A DNA stretch of 63,457 nucleotides, counting the filler, from Octopus bimaculoides (lineage: Eukaryota), in NCBI RefSeq assembly GCF_001194135.2. It is 6 parts of 5 records of this genome, joined end to end, with 100 filler letters (N's around TTAATTAATTAA, not from the genome) between each part and the next. Parts side by side here need not be neighbours in the genome. Positions count along the whole stretch, not along the records: positions 41,400 to 50,840 come from NC_068987.1; positions 50,941 to 60,984 come from NC_068983.1; positions 61,085 to 63,457 come from NC_068997.1; 3 more parts are not named here. One strand, given 5' to 3'. Shown piece by piece: positions 50,353-63,457 of the stretch. The notes beneath the pieces were generated by a model. The model was not told where the DNA came from. It saw only the letters and a list, made by a program, of their open reading frames with translations, and ran no database searches. Positions within the stretch are counted from its first letter, which is position 1, and each line of letters begins with the position of its first letter. A program made the translations under genes and the position numbers.

Positions 50353-50719
50353 CTATTTAGGAATATTATTTCAGCCCCAATATAATTAAATAGACTTAAA
50401 TAAACACAGAACTTAGATTAAAGTCGACTTTCCCAAAATTACGATAGTTGTATTATTCATCGCTAGAGATCGCTATAACAACTGAGTTATTATAGTACTG
50501 TCACATGACCGGAAACTCAATCTTTATCAAACATTCTTGGTAAAATTGTATGTTAATTGCGTGCCTATCATCAATCATTTACGTTCCTCAAGTTTTCCTT
50601 AAAGTGGCTGTAATGTCAGAATGAAAAATATTACAAGATGTGTCAATTGTCTAAATTGATCGGTGAATAGGCGGTCGCGCATACAAACGTATGCATACAT
50701 ACATACATATATACATACA

Positions 50720-50751
<32 letters not shown>

Positions 50752-50940
50752 CGTATGCATGCATGCACACATATATACATATATATATGTATATATACAC
50801 ACACATATATATACACACACATATATATACGTATATATATNNNNNNNNNNNNNNNNNNNNNNNNNNNNNNNNNNNNNNNNNNNNTTAATTAATTAANNNN
50901 NNNNNNNNNNNNNNNNNNNNNNNNNNNNNNNNNNNNNNNN

Positions 50941-51362
50941 GTGTTGCTGTCGCTCAAGGTCGACCCGGGACGGCAGAGTTGCTCCAGAGCAACACGACAC
51001 TCGCGGTCCCATTCATCCTTCCTCGGCCTCTTCTTGATCCACGACTGCAGCTCTGTCATGGAGACGAGCTGCCGGAAAGCGCGTCGCACAAACAGTGACT
51101 ACACCTGTCCACCATCGTCTACGTAGAGCCGGAGATGCAGTCTCAGCGAGTGCCTGCGCATCATCAACCACAAGAAACGGAAGAGGATGCGTTCCAGTTT
51201 GGTGATAGTAGGGTTAGGACAATGCACGACGGTCAGGCGGTAGTAGATGACGGACTCGATGTACGCATTCGCTACCTCCGCCCGACTTTTTAGGGACAGC
51301 TTCCTCTCGGCCCATTTCCGGGAGAGAGTGGCCACGCTACTCATCTCGTCCCAGTTCTTCAC
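50941..51362 (-). mobile_element. L1/Tx1-clade LINE ORF2 fragment
   Basis: KNWDE..LSRKWAERKLSLKSRAEVANAYIESVIYYRL..CP..LERILFRFLW, then ELQSWIKKRPR..ECRVAL. Confidence 0.7.
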
Positions 51363-51374
51363 CGTTCTTCAACT

Positions 51375-52430
51375 GTCTGACAGGTTCCGACATTTGTAAC
51401 AGTTGCAAACCATTACTGTTGGAACTCCCAACCCCATGCTTTCTTAGGACACCCCAAGTCTCCTAATCAGCACCAACGCGAGCATTAAAATCACTCAAAA
51501 TGACAACTTTGTCATCATGGGGAATATTGCGTATAATCTCTGTAAGTGATAGATAGAAGGCAAGTTAATCATCCTCTGATGAATTCATAGTTGAAGCAGA
51601 TGCATTTATGAGTGTTGCAGAGCGATCTTTTCTTAATGGCAGCCTTAAAGACATTAAACGATCCGAATGACCACATGGTAGTTCCTCAAGTTTTGAAGCC
51701 AGAATGGTTTTGATAGCAAATCCCACTCCTGATTCTTTCTTATAGGTCTTCTCTCTACCGCTCCAAAAGAAATGTTATCCAGCAGATTTCTCTGCGAAAT
51801 TCCCCTTTCGATGGATTCATGTTTCGGCTAACGCTACATCCATATCATATCGCTGTAGCTCTTTTGCAACAAGCGCGGGTCTTCTCTCTGGACGAGATTT
51901 CAGACAATCATCGTCTTATAACGTTCGAACATTCCAACATCCTATAGTCATAGGCTTGCATCTTACCTTCAATTTACTCACAGTTGCAGGATGACGATCG
52001 GATCCAGGCTGTGGTACCCTGGGACACATGCTGGGCCAGGAAACAGAACAAAATGTTCCAGAGTCCTTTTTGACATCCATTATCAATATGAACTTACATT
52101 GTTTAGATGTGGTTTTTTAAGCTTCGGCCAGCCATGTACATACAAGATGTGCATTTCTTTTTCCTCTCCAGTAATACCTGTGCTTCACACTTTTTAAACT
52201 GAGGAAATGCTTTGCACAACAACTATTCCCACTCTCTAAATTACATAGCATGATCCAAAAAGAAGAGCAAGTCGACGTCATTGGGTTGATTTTCAGTCGC
52301 AAGCTTTATATCACAGTGTTCTTCTCCCAGTCTTTGCCCAACCAAAGGCTAACTACAAGACAGCAGTCAAGTATTCAAATTCAGAGTTACTTTCTCCTAG
52401 ATAGACTGCCTTCGCCATGGCTTGGGGAAA
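51375..52430 (-). mobile_element. RTE/BovB-like LINE 5' region with APE endonuclease relic
   Basis: TIGCWNVRTL..RPERRPALVAKELQRYDMDVALAET..FFWSG..SGVGFAI..DRLMSLRLPL..VVILSDFNARVG at 51375-51960, with stops. Confidence 0.85.
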
Positions 52431-52574
52431 CATGCAATATATACAATTTAAAATCACAATATACAATATGTACATACACATGCTGAAATGCAGTATTTAC
52501 CATACACACACACACACACACACAGAGCTTAAAATGCAATATATACAATACATACACCCAAACACTTCACAAAC

Positions 52575-52732
52575 ACACCTAGTTGACTACTTTGTAGTTC
52601 CTCCGCCCTTTGATAGGTCTTATTTTTTGTCCCGCTGGGTGTCCAACAAGCATCCAACTCACCAAGCAGACCTGGTGGGGTTGCCAGTTTAGTCGCCGAC
52701 GACCTGACCCTGGAATAGGTTGTACTGGACCA
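52575..52732 (-). mobile_element. Short retroelement terminal fragment (unclassified)
   Basis: GC-rich GGTCGTCGGCGACTAAACTGGCAACCCC...AGGGCGGAGGAACTAC segment; identity tentative. Confidence 0.35.
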
Positions 52733-52899
52733 GTAGCACTGAAGAGTCATAGTAGCACTGAAGAGTACTAGTAGCACTGAAGAGTACTAGTAGCACTGAA
52801 GAGTACTAGTAGCACTGAAGCGTACTAGTAGCACTGAAGAGTACTAGTAGCACTGAAGAGTACTAGTAGCACTGAAGAGTACTAGTAGCACTGAAGAGT
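52733..52899. repeat. 19-bp tandem repeat, 9 copies
   Basis: GTAGCACTGAAGAGTACTA with starts every 19 bp from 52733 to 52885. Confidence 0.95.
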
Positions 52900-54085
52900 G
52901 ACCGGACATACCCATATCACCTTGTTGAGTTTCTGTACTCAGATGATTGTGACCTGTTGGTACATTCCCAGAAAGATATGCAGCACATGCTGAATGCGAT
53001 TTCTGCAGCATGTGCAGCATTGGGTCCAACAATCAACCTAAAAGAAAAACTGTTATAATGTACCAGCCTGCTCCCTCCAAGATGCATGTGGAACCTTTTA
53101 TAACTGTGAATGATCAGAGGTTGGAGACTGTGCCTAGATTTATTTATTTAGGAAGTACCTTGAGCACTGCTGGTCTTGATGATGAAATTTCATACAGAAT
53201 CAGCAGGGCTAGTAGTGCTTTTTGTAGGCTTGATAGGCGTCTGTGGAAACAACGTAATATATCTTCACAAATTAAAGTTAAGATATATAACACATGCGTC
53301 TTTGCTATATGGAAGTGAGGCATGGGTTGTTTACCGTATACATGTATGGCAATTGGAACAATAACATCAATACTGTCTGAGAATAATTTGGGGGATAAAC
53401 TGGAAAATGGCCATTAGTAATGTGGAGGTATTTGAGAGGAGTGGCAGTAGAAGAATAGACTCAAGGATTTTGCAAAGACGTGTGAGGTGGGGGGAGGACA
53501 TTTGGTAAGGATGAGTGATGAGCAACTGTCCAAGCAGTTATTGTATGGTGAACTGGAAGATGGCAGGAGACCAGCGCATAAGCCTAAACTAAGGTTTAAG
53601 GATTGCCTTTAAAATGCTCTAATACAGACAGGAATTGCAGCTGCTAATTTGGTGAGGGAGGTACATGACCGTGATGGATGGAGGAAGATAGTGCATGATG
53701 ATTGTTCAAGGTTTGAGAGGGAGAGAGTGAAGTATGAGAGAATTAGGAGGAGGCTTAGAAGGGGGGACCTGTGGAAAGTGAGAGAGTGTTGCTTTTTATG
53801 TATGTGGTTTATGGGCGGTGTTTGAGTCGCGCAGGCCTGGTGAGCCTTCAAAATTCTCGTAGAAATCGACCCATGATAAACAATGATGTGGCTATTAAAA
53901 TTCATAACAGAACGTGTGTAAAATGTGGAAGGGTGTGTCTCTCAGTTGGAGGTCTAAAAAACACATGTTAAGAGAGTGCATATGGTGGCACCTGTTTCTC
54001 TTGTCAACCAGCACAGTTGTCTAATATGTAATAAAATGTGTAAAAGTTTGGCCGGGCTTAAAAGTCATGTAAGGGCATCACATGG
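52900..54085 (+). mobile_element. RTE/BovB-like LINE RT C-terminal relic
   Basis: EFLYSDDCDLL, FIYLGSTLS, LLYGSEAW, GHLVRMSD..KQLLYGEL and terminal CxxC..GLKSH zinc-finger relics. Confidence 0.88.
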
Positions 54086-54632
54086 CAACAATCATGAATC
54101 ATTTCAGTAAGTCTTTTTGGCAATGGTTTTTCTCGTGTAACGTGGATGCAGCTGTGATGTGCATATGGGCATATGTATATACACACGGTTACTCTATTAA
54201 ATCGCATATCTTNNNNNNNNNNNNNNNNNNNNNNNNNNNNNNNNNNNNNNNNNNNNNNNNNNNNNNNNNNNNNNNNNNNNNNNNNNNNNNNNNNNNNNNN
54301 NNNNNNNNNNNNNNNNNNNNNNNNNNNNNNNNNNNNNNNNNNNNNNNNNNNNNNNNNNNNNNNNNNNNNNNNNNNNNNNNNNNNNNNNNNNNNNNNNNNN
54401 NNNNNNNNNNNNNNNNNNNNNNNNNNNNNNNNNNNNNNNNNNNNNNNNNNNNNNNNNNNNNNNNNNNNNNNNNNNNNNNNNNNNNNNNNNNNNNNNNNNN
54501 NNNNNNNNNNNNNNNNNNNNNNNNNNNNNNNNNNNNNNNNNNNNNNNNNNNNNNNNNNNNNNNNNNNNNNNNNNNNNNNNNNNNNNNNNNNNNNNNNNNN
54601 NNNNNNNNNNNNNNNNNNNNNNNNNNNNNNNN

Positions 54633-54667
<35 letters not shown>

Positions 54668-54796
54668 CGTGTAAAAATATGTGACACTTATTCAGTAGCC
54701 ATCCTACTGAATAAGTGTCACATATTTTTACAGATAAATTCCTCTATTTGCATAATATCGAGGTCTCTTTCTTTCTTTTGTTGCCATTCCTGTCAA

Positions 54797-54853
<57 letters not shown>

Positions 54854-55727
54854 CGCATGTAGGTATCCATGTATACGCGCGTATATATGCATATATATGT
54901 CTATATATGTATGTATGCGTATGTATGTATATACATATGCGTATCTATGTTTATACATGCCTATGTGTGTGTGTATATATATATATGTGTATTTGTGTGT
55001 ATGTGTGTTTATGTGAATACATGCACATATATTTTGCATCAATATGTATATAGTTATTTATACAGGTATATTTATATGTGTGTGTATGCGTTGCATATAT
55101 AAAAATAACCCGTTATTGTTTTCTTAAAATCTACAAACTTTCTCAGCCCATGGATTCAAAATTTATAAAACAAACTTACATTTCTATTAATTAATTATTA
55201 ATTTATTTACCATTAATTAATTTTTTTTTTCCAACTCAAAGCTTTCTTCAATATTATACAATATGATATTTATGTATTTCTTTTTTCTGTTTATATATTT
55301 ACTGTCTCAATTTGCATACTTCTGAAAGACCGTTAGTGAAATTAACCAATCAAATTCAAATGTGTCTCTGACAATTTGAATCCTATCAAAATATACATTA
55401 TATGTACTATCGCAATTTTTAGATCTTTGTGGTCTTTGTCACTGGTAACAATTATCTTTAAAAAATTATTTTAATGCATCAGATAGATGTAATTTTTGAC
55501 GTTGAATCCGAATTTGTTATTGATTTATTCTAGAAAAATTTGGAAAAAATGTTACAGGTATTCAAAGTTTGATCATTTTCAGCCAATCAGAAAACAGTAC
55601 GTTCGCTGCCTCTTCTAGTGTAGTTGCAATCAAATGACCGAGACATGTAAAAGAATAACAGAATAAAAGACTATATATATATATGTATATATATATGCAT
55701 ATATGTGTGTATATATGCATATATATA

Positions 55728-55759
<32 letters not shown>

Positions 55760-56071
55760 NNNNNNNNNNNNNNNNNNNNNNNNNNNNNNNNNNNNNNNNN
55801 NNNNNNNNNNNNNNNNNNNNNNNNNNNNNNNNNNNNNNNNNNNNNNNNNNNNNNNNNNNNTATTTATATTATTATTTGAGTGAACGCTACGCATCCCTTT
55901 CCAAGTAAGTTTATCTTAATATATTTGATGCGACTCTTTCCTTTACTGTTCCCTCTCTCTCTCTCTCTCTCCCTTTCGTTTTCTCTCGCAGCCTTTCTCT
56001 AATTCTTTTTTCTCCCCTTCACCGTTTTCTATCTGTCTCTCTCTCTCTCTCTGTCTCTGTCTCTGTTTCTC

Positions 56072-56115
<44 letters not shown>

Positions 56116-58734
56116 CCTTACTCTCTCTCTCTCCCTCGTCGCCCACACGTGACCATCGACCTTCTTTTGTTTCCATAAGTCTGTGGTGCAGTCCAGACGC
56201 ATTCCTATTTGTCTCCTCTCCTATCTTTTCTGTTATTAAAGATTCGGCTTCCAGCGTTCGCTACCTTACCTCATCTGAGCCTAATCCTTGTTTGTATTTG
56301 TTTCATTTGGTTTGTTGTATGTCCTGTTTTTGTTACCAGCTTTGACCCTCCGCAAATCTCAAATTTTATTTTTATTCGCGGGAGCAAATGCCCTCAAAGT
56401 CTTATCGTGTCGTTCATTGCTCAAAATAAGGAGTAGAAAGGCAGCCGACAACTAATGAAGGGCCGTTTTTTATGTTACATGTCTTGTTTTCCATTTGTTT
56501 CTCTCGTTCTTTGAGTACTCAACGTTATTTTCGTATTTCATGTTGTTTACGTTTTGTGACATTCTGTATCCATGTATGCATACCTACATACATATATACG
56601 TATGCATATACATATGCGTGTGTATATATGCATGTCCTGTACCCATATATGCATGTATATATACATATATATGTAGGTATGTACATATATGTATGGATAA
56701 ATGCATATATTTATATATTATTTATATTATTATATGATCGAGCGCCACTCATCCTTTTCCAAGTAAGTTTTACGATGCGCATTCTTCTACTATCTCTTCT
56801 CTGTCTATCTCTCTCCCTCTCTTGTTCTTCGTTCTTTCTGTTTTTCTCTCCCACCCTTTCCCTATTCTTCTCTCCCTTTCACCGTTCCCTCTCTCTCTCT
56901 CATTCTTCCTCTTTGACCCTCTCGTCGCTGACACATGACGACAGGGGATTTCTCTTTCTGTTCACTGCCTTCTTAAAGAAAAGACGTATTTTTTCTGTCT
57001 CTTCTCTCATGGCTCGTCTACCTAGCGTTCATAATAATTTTTCTATCGTCTTGGCTCAACAACCCTCACCGTTTGTTTTTACTGTCTTGATCTCACTGTC
57101 CTGTTTTTGTTAACACTTTCACCCTCCGCAAAAAATCCCAAATTTGATTTAATTTGCTTTGCGGGAAGGGTTGTTTCAACAAAGTCGCGTNNNNNNNNNN
57201 NNNNNNNNNNNNNNNNNNNNNNNNNNNNNNNNNNNNNNNNNNNNNNNNNNNNNNNNNNNNNNNNNNNNNNNNNNNNNNNNNNNNNNNNNNNNNNNNNNNN
57301 NNNNNNNNNNNNNNNNNNNNNNNNNNNNNNNNNNNNNNNNNNNNNNNNNNNNNNNNNNNNNNNNNNNNNNNNNNNNNNNNNNNNNNNNNNNNNNNNNNNN
57401 NNNNNNNNNNNNNNNNNNNNNNNNNNNNNNNNNNNNNNNNNNNNNNNNNNNNNNNNNNNNNNNNNNNNNNNNNNNNNNNNNNNNNNNNNNNNNNNNNNNN
57501 NNNNNNNNNNNNNNNNNNNNNNNNNNNNNNNNNNNNNNNNNNNNNNNNNNNNNNNNNNNNNNNNNNNNNNNNNNNNNNNNNNNNNNNNNNNNNNNNNNNN
57601 NNNNNNNNNNNNNNNNNNNNNNNNNNNNNNNNNNNNNNNNNNNNNNNNNNNNNNNNNNNNNNNNNNNNNNNNNNNNNNNNNNNNNNNNNNNNNNNNNNNN
57701 NNNNNNNNNNNNNNNNNNNNNNNNNNNNNNNNNNNNNNNNNNNNNNNNNNNNNNNNNNNNNNNNNNNNNNNNNNNNNNNNNNNNNNNNNNNNNNNNNNNN
57801 NNNNNNNNNNNNNNNNNNNNNNNNNNNNNNNNNNNNNNNNNNNNNNNNNNNNNNNNNNNNNNNNNNNNNNNNNNNNNNNNNNNNNNNNNNNNNNNNNNNN
57901 NNNNNNNNNNNNNNNNNNNNNNNNNNNNNNNNNNNNNNNNNNNNNNNNNNNNNNNNNNNNNNNNNNNNNNNNNNNNNNNNNNNNNNNNNNNNNNNNNNNN
58001 NNNNNNNNNNNNNNNNNNNNNNNNNNNNNNNNNNNNNNNNNNNNNNNNNNNNNNNNNNNNNNNNNNNNNNNNNNNNNNNNNNNNNNNNNNNNNNNNNNNN
58101 NNNNNNNNNNNNNNNNNNNNNNNNNNNNNNNNNNNNNNNNNNNNATAGGACATCTAACCCGCTAGAAATAGCAGCAAGACTACATACCACAAAAAGTAGG
58201 GATAATTTCGAAAGGGAATGAAAAATAAAAACATTTACCAATCTATATTCTGTACCATGGTTTCAAGTCAATTTTAGTAAGATAAAAATTATATATCTCA
58301 CAAAGGTCGGACTATCATCGGCAGAATGACCAGACAACATTCGAGATACGAGTCAAGTAGAGAGCATGGTTCGTATTCGAATATCTAATTTTCCAAATTT
58401 ACCGCGTATTTATTTATTCAGATTATTCTAAATTAACCATGCATTATTTCATCGCTTTCAGATTTCGATGATGTGATTACTCACTTTTAAAATAACCTTG
58501 CGAAGTAAGTGTGAGAAGCTTGAATTGCTTAGTTGGAACATGAAATAGGTAGAATAGTTCGGCCTAATAAAGCTTGTTTCAATGCTGCACTTCCTATGCT
58601 AAGACACAGTTCAGAATCACGCACGATACGGACATGGTGCGAGAATACTTCAACTAGAAAAAACGATAAGTATTAAGTCAATGATCCCAAAACACTAAGT
58701 TAGATGGTGTTGTCATCTTGTCCGCGTGCGCAAA

Positions 58735-58950
58735 AACAGATGCTGCACGGTGAAGTGGGGCAAGGAAAACGTCCCCTGTGCAAGCCACTCAAATGCCTCA
58801 AAGATAACCTTAATGACACTCTTTGAAAAATCAGTATTGATACTATCTCTTGGGAAAATCTTGCATCAGACAGGGGCTGTCAAGGAATCTTGTTGCTTCT
58901 GGTTTTAAACAGTACTGGAACAACAGGGTTGCGTCCACTGAGTTGAAACA
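58735..58950 (+). mobile_element. RTE/BovB-like RT C-terminal fragment
   Basis: QMLHGEVGQGKRPLCKPLKCLKDNL..ISWENLASDR. Confidence 0.6.
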
Positions 58951-58992
58951 TGCTGATAAATATATGCTAACAATTATTATTGTCATTATTAC

Positions 58993-59059
<67 letters not shown>
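58993..59059. repeat. (GTA)n microsatellite
   Basis: Direct run. Confidence 0.95.
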
Positions 59060-59060
<1 letters not shown>

Positions 59061-59750
59061 AATTTATAATTATTGTAACTTTCTCTTCCATTCACCCTCT
59101 CAAGTCTGCCTTGAACGCGTGTTGACAATGTGGAGAAGATGTTTTGCTCTTGCAAGGAATCTGACAATTTCTCCGGTGTTGGTGCCATGACAACATACCC
59201 ACCATATTCTCTAACGCGGTGATGTTAAAGTAATTCAGCCATAGAAATTATGGTAAAGATGGAATGTGTGGGCAAGACGTGTCCTCCTGGCATGTCTAGG
59301 GGAGTATTAAAAAGATATTTGAGTTTAACACTTGCCAAGATTAACTGCAATTTCCAAATACTCGTGATCAATGTAATAACTAGTAATATAGAAAGGCTAA
59401 AAGTATTACTTACTCACAGCTATGCCTAGCTTCTGTTGTGTTTATTAATATCTAAAATAAATTTTCTATAACTTATAGCTGCAGATGTAGCTGGAGTCTG
59501 CATTCCAGCTACTTGATTTCCAGTTCACTCCCACTGCATGGCACATTCGACAACTGTTTTCTACTATAGCCTCAAGCTGACCAAAGACTTGTGAATAGAT
59601 TTGAAAGACGGAAAATGAACAGAAACCCGTCGAATATGTACTCACACGCGCGCGCGCACAGAAACACATACACACACTCATAAATAAATATACATATGCA
59701 TATAAATATATACATATATCTATGTGTGTGTGTATATTTGTGTGTGCATA

Positions 59751-59793
<43 letters not shown>

Positions 59794-60089
59794 ATGGAAA
59801 TATATGTATTTGATTCGGATCCATGCATATCAAAGATTCGTCAGCTCGTTGAACAAACCTATATTATCAACCATCTAGAGATATAAAGAGAGATCGATTT
59901 CTGACGTGATACGTTCGTTCTACCAGCCTACGAAACTTTAAGCTGCATGGAGCTGCTTCAAATTCTTATTCAATAATATATGTAACTCCAACAAAATGTG
60001 CTGAGTGCCAATTTCTTTCGTTTATCCACTTACTCAGGTGTGTGTGTGATGCGTGTATGTGTGTTTGTGTGTGTGTGTTTGTATGTGTT

Positions 60090-60140
<51 letters not shown>

Positions 60141-60889
60141 ATATACATGTGTGCATGGATGTGAGTATATGTATCTCTATGTTGCCTTATCTTGACATTG
60201 TGTGATAGTTGTAAATGAGTGCCACTGTCACACAAGCAGTACCATCCGTTTGCTATACTCTACCAAAAAATATTGCAACATTGTCCAAGAAAGTGTTCAG
60301 AGAAGGACTACAGGTGTCATGAAGTATAATAATCACAAATGAATAAGTTGAATGAGTTGAATTATTTAAGTGACTTCGTTTATTCAACATTCAGGTTATG
60401 TGAATCTCTGAAAATTTCAACCCCATCTTCAAAATATTACTTATGCTTATCTTGTGGTACAGTCATTACTGAAGTTGGATCTCTAAAATATATTGATTAC
60501 TTCCCGAATTAACATCGGCAATGTATGGCAATTGTATAAAATGTTTCGGAAGGATCAGAACAATTCAGAGAAAATACAGAAATGGTGCAGACATGACTAT
60601 GAAGTAGTTTCTCGAACACGTGGTTTCAGGTTCGGGACACAATGGGGGCATGTACCTTTTATTGTAGGCCCCGGTCAACAAAAGGTATCATAGGAGTTAC
60701 ATATATTATTATTTATTAATTAACAACAGTTTGATTCCGTTACATGTAACTCGAAGTTTCGTAGGTTCGTCATACGAACCTATCTCGTCAGGATTAGGCG
60801 ACCGAAACCTGTGGCGTATTACGTCCATATGAGGAGCTTACGAAAACTGAAGTTGCATAGAACCGGCTCAAACTGTTATTAATAAATGA

Positions 60890-60908
60890 CATTTATTATT
60901 ATCATTAC

Positions 60909-60984
<76 letters not shown>
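60890..60984. repeat. (ATT)n microsatellite
   Basis: Direct run. Confidence 0.95.
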
Positions 60985-61177
60985 NNNNNNNNNNNNNNNN
61001 NNNNNNNNNNNNNNNNNNNNNNNNNNNNTTAATTAATTAANNNNNNNNNNNNNNNNNNNNNNNNNNNNNNNNNNNNNNNNNNNNTATATATATATATATG
61101 TTGGTTGTATTTAGGGATGGTCATGTTGCCAGTTTAGCCAATAAAAACACACGCACTATATATTTGGTGTTAATCTG

Positions 61178-61217
61178 CCAGAGTTCTTTCGTCACACTTC
61201 TGTGACCTCATCAGTGG
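61178..61217 (-). ncRNA. Minimal hammerhead ribozyme-like motif
   Basis: Minus strand CCA-CUGAUGA-G-GUCACA gaag UGUGAC-GAAA-GAAC-UC-UGG; perfect 6-bp stem II, only 3-bp stem I. Confidence 0.5.
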
Positions 61218-61262
61218 TCCTTTGCTTTCTTCTTTCTTATTTCTTATTACAGTTTATTAATT

Positions 61263-61739
61263 AAGGTTGTTGAAAGGCCAGGTAACCCTATCAAATCCCT
61301 AATCGGTAGAACCTACCCTTTTAGTAGAACCCCCTGTACTGATAGGAACTGTACTGTATGTAGATTTAGCCCACAAACAAACTGTAAAGCCAGAAATGTA
61401 GTCTATAGTATAAGATATACAGAGGGACGATGTAGTAACAAGACAACGACGTACGTAGGGGAAACGGCACGGAGCATAGGAGAGCGGGTAAATAAACATT
61501 GGAGGGAACTTAAGGAAGAGAAGAGCTCATCGGTTCTGTACCAGCACGCCGAGTAGGAACATGGAGGCTCACTCAACAACATAGAAGTTAAAATCTTGTC
61601 CACACATAGAACAGACGCAACGCTTAGACAAATTATAGAAGCTATACACATAATAGAAGATAAACCTAGCCTGAATAGGAAACTGGAATGGAACACTAGC
61701 ACACGCACCACAACATATGACCGAATAAGATCCCCATAA
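61263..61739 (+). mobile_element. Penelope-like element GIY-YIG endonuclease C-terminal fragment
   Basis: KVVERPG..PCTDRNCTVC..CKARNVVYSI..YVGETARSIGERVNKH..LYQHAE*EH..LRQIIEAIHI..PSLNRKLEW; one internal stop at 61554. Confidence 0.88.
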
Positions 61740-62273
61740 ACTGATAACAATATGAACAAAATATAATACAATACACATGGAATGAAATAACTATTTACGT
61801 TAACAAAATTAAATTAAATTAAATACAAAAAAAAAGAAAGAATAGAAAAAGTTTGTATTTGGAGGCTGATATGTTTATCAATGGTATCCATCAATGGGTT
61901 AACGGTGGTGGAAACTGTGATGTTAATGCCCTTTTATACACATGACTGACACAAGCATGTGTAAAAAAATGCTATCGGAAACCTAATCGGAAATCGAAAC
62001 CGGGTTTTCGCGTTCAATTTTCAAAAAAGGTTAGTTCTATTCTCCGCTGATATTGGATCGTTCGGTCGATAATGAAAGTTTCATCTTCATGTTGCGTGTC
62101 TGAGGAAAGTGTGTCATGATTCCTTCTCCAAGCTAGTGAAGGATTTAACTTTAATACACCCGAACCAGTAAGAAAGAGACTCTCTACGCAGTTGTTCCAT
62201 TTGCAAGGAATAGCGGCCAAATCTCTCAACAAAACTACATTGTTAACAAAGAAAGAGAAATACTGGTTTCAAA

Positions 62274-62486
62274 TGTTGGCACAAGGCCTGCAATTTCGTG
62301 GTGGGGAAGGAGTAAGTCGATTACATCGGCCGCCAGTGCTCAGCTGGTACTTATTTTATCGATCCCCAAAAGGATGAAAGGTTAAATCGACCTCGAGGAA
62401 TTTGAGCTCAGAAAGTAAAGACGGATGAACTGTCGCTAAGCATTTTGTCCGGCGTGCTAACGATTCTGCCAGTTCAATGCCTTAAT
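62274..62486 (-). mobile_element. CORE-SINE copy
   Basis: Homologous to 20146-20357. Confidence 0.8.
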
Positions 62487-63457
62487 AGAGAAAGAAATAT
62501 TTTAGATAATGTAGTAATAGACACTCCTAAACTGCTAGGATGGCCACGGTTCTAATCTTTCGCTCATAGCTCTGCTCGTTCCGTTCCTCCTAAGGAACAA
62601 CAACCACAAACAAACACAGTACAGTAAGCTGATGAAACGCCGAGTTAAACAATTTCACTCAGTTAAACAAGTGGATAACTGAGCGTTATGTGTATGAGGA
62701 CACACACACACACACACACACACAACGCGCGCGCGCGCAGAGTCTCTTACAGTGTTGTTCACTCTCTGATTTAGGAAAGAATCTTGTTATTCACAATGGA
62801 CTGCTTTATCAATGAGCAGGTCAGAGACATCTGACGGAAGACATTGATCAAATTAACTTGATGATGGAACGAAATAATGAAATTTGTGGTGTGTGTCTTA
62901 CAAATGAAGTACCTACGTGACTACAAAAGTATAGAAAATCAGACATCAGCACTGTTGTCTGTAATACTAAGTCCGACTTGCTTATATTTAAACCACTTAT
63001 ATTTTCTAACGACGGTTAGTGGGGGACGAGAAATGTGTTATAGCAAGGTGTAAAGGCGATAACAAGACGGTTTGAAATGTTACCATCTTTAGATGCTGTC
63101 TTCAGAATATCATAGATTTGAACATAAAGCATCGAGGGCTGAAGCTAAATACTGAAAGGAATTTTAATGCCCTGCTCTATAGTTTCTGCATTTAGCTAAT
63201 CTTCAAGTATACGTATATATTATATAATATATAAGCTAAGAAGTTATGTAATGTAAGAGCTCTTATGTAATATAATAATGTATATTATAGCATGTTATAC
63301 ATGAAGAGATAAAACCATTACATAATAGTAAAAATAAAACTCAAAAGTTCCAATTGTTTTTAATCAATGATTAATAAACAATATAGTTATTGATTTACAA
63401 TAGTTTGAATGTGTGAAAGACAGACTGCAGATTATATATATATATATATATATATAT

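Noticed and set aside
52733-52899. Regular short repeat resembling a CRISPR array
   Set aside because: No spacers, a 19-bp unit, eukaryotic context and no cas genes.
13856-58241. Long ORFs dominated by X residues
   Set aside because: They are artefacts of N gaps.
20488-61040. TTAATTAATTAA recurring roughly every 10 kb
   Set aside because: Always centred in identical-size N blocks; it is a six-frame-stop assembly linker, not biology.

Overview
AT-rich, microsatellite-dense animal genomic DNA. The repeat families resemble coleoid cephalopod (Octopus-type) repeats; this is inferred from recognition, not a search. Five 100-bp N-linkers carrying TTAATTAATTAA (about 20.5, 31.1, 41.3, 50.9 and 61.0 kb) look like artificial contig joins, so adjacency across them is unreliable. 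Only one host gene is clearly supported: a minus-strand C2H2 zinc-finger gene (6424-7611) with the C-terminal Ikaros/hunchback-type dimerisation finger pair and several candidate non-coding upstream exons. The rest is layered mobile DNA: a full-length decayed mariner, mariner and DD37D relics, an RTE LINE plus seven 3'-end copies, BovB-like, CR1-like, Tx1-like and R4-like LINE fragments, two Penelope-like (GIY-YIG) elements, Helitron and Helentron relics, and tRNA-derived and CORE SINEs. The most notable observations are a full-length poly(A)-tailed 7SL (SRP RNA) retrocopy just upstream of the ZNF coding exon (probably intronic), minimal hammerhead-ribozyme motifs, RTE insertions that repeatedly use GAT/CAT microhomology with their own tail, a SINE-head/RTE-tail chimera, inverted repeat pairs that could form ADAR substrates, and an orphan, highly symmetric promoter-like motif cluster at about 40.2 kb. 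No system is demonstrated to be new; these are candidates.
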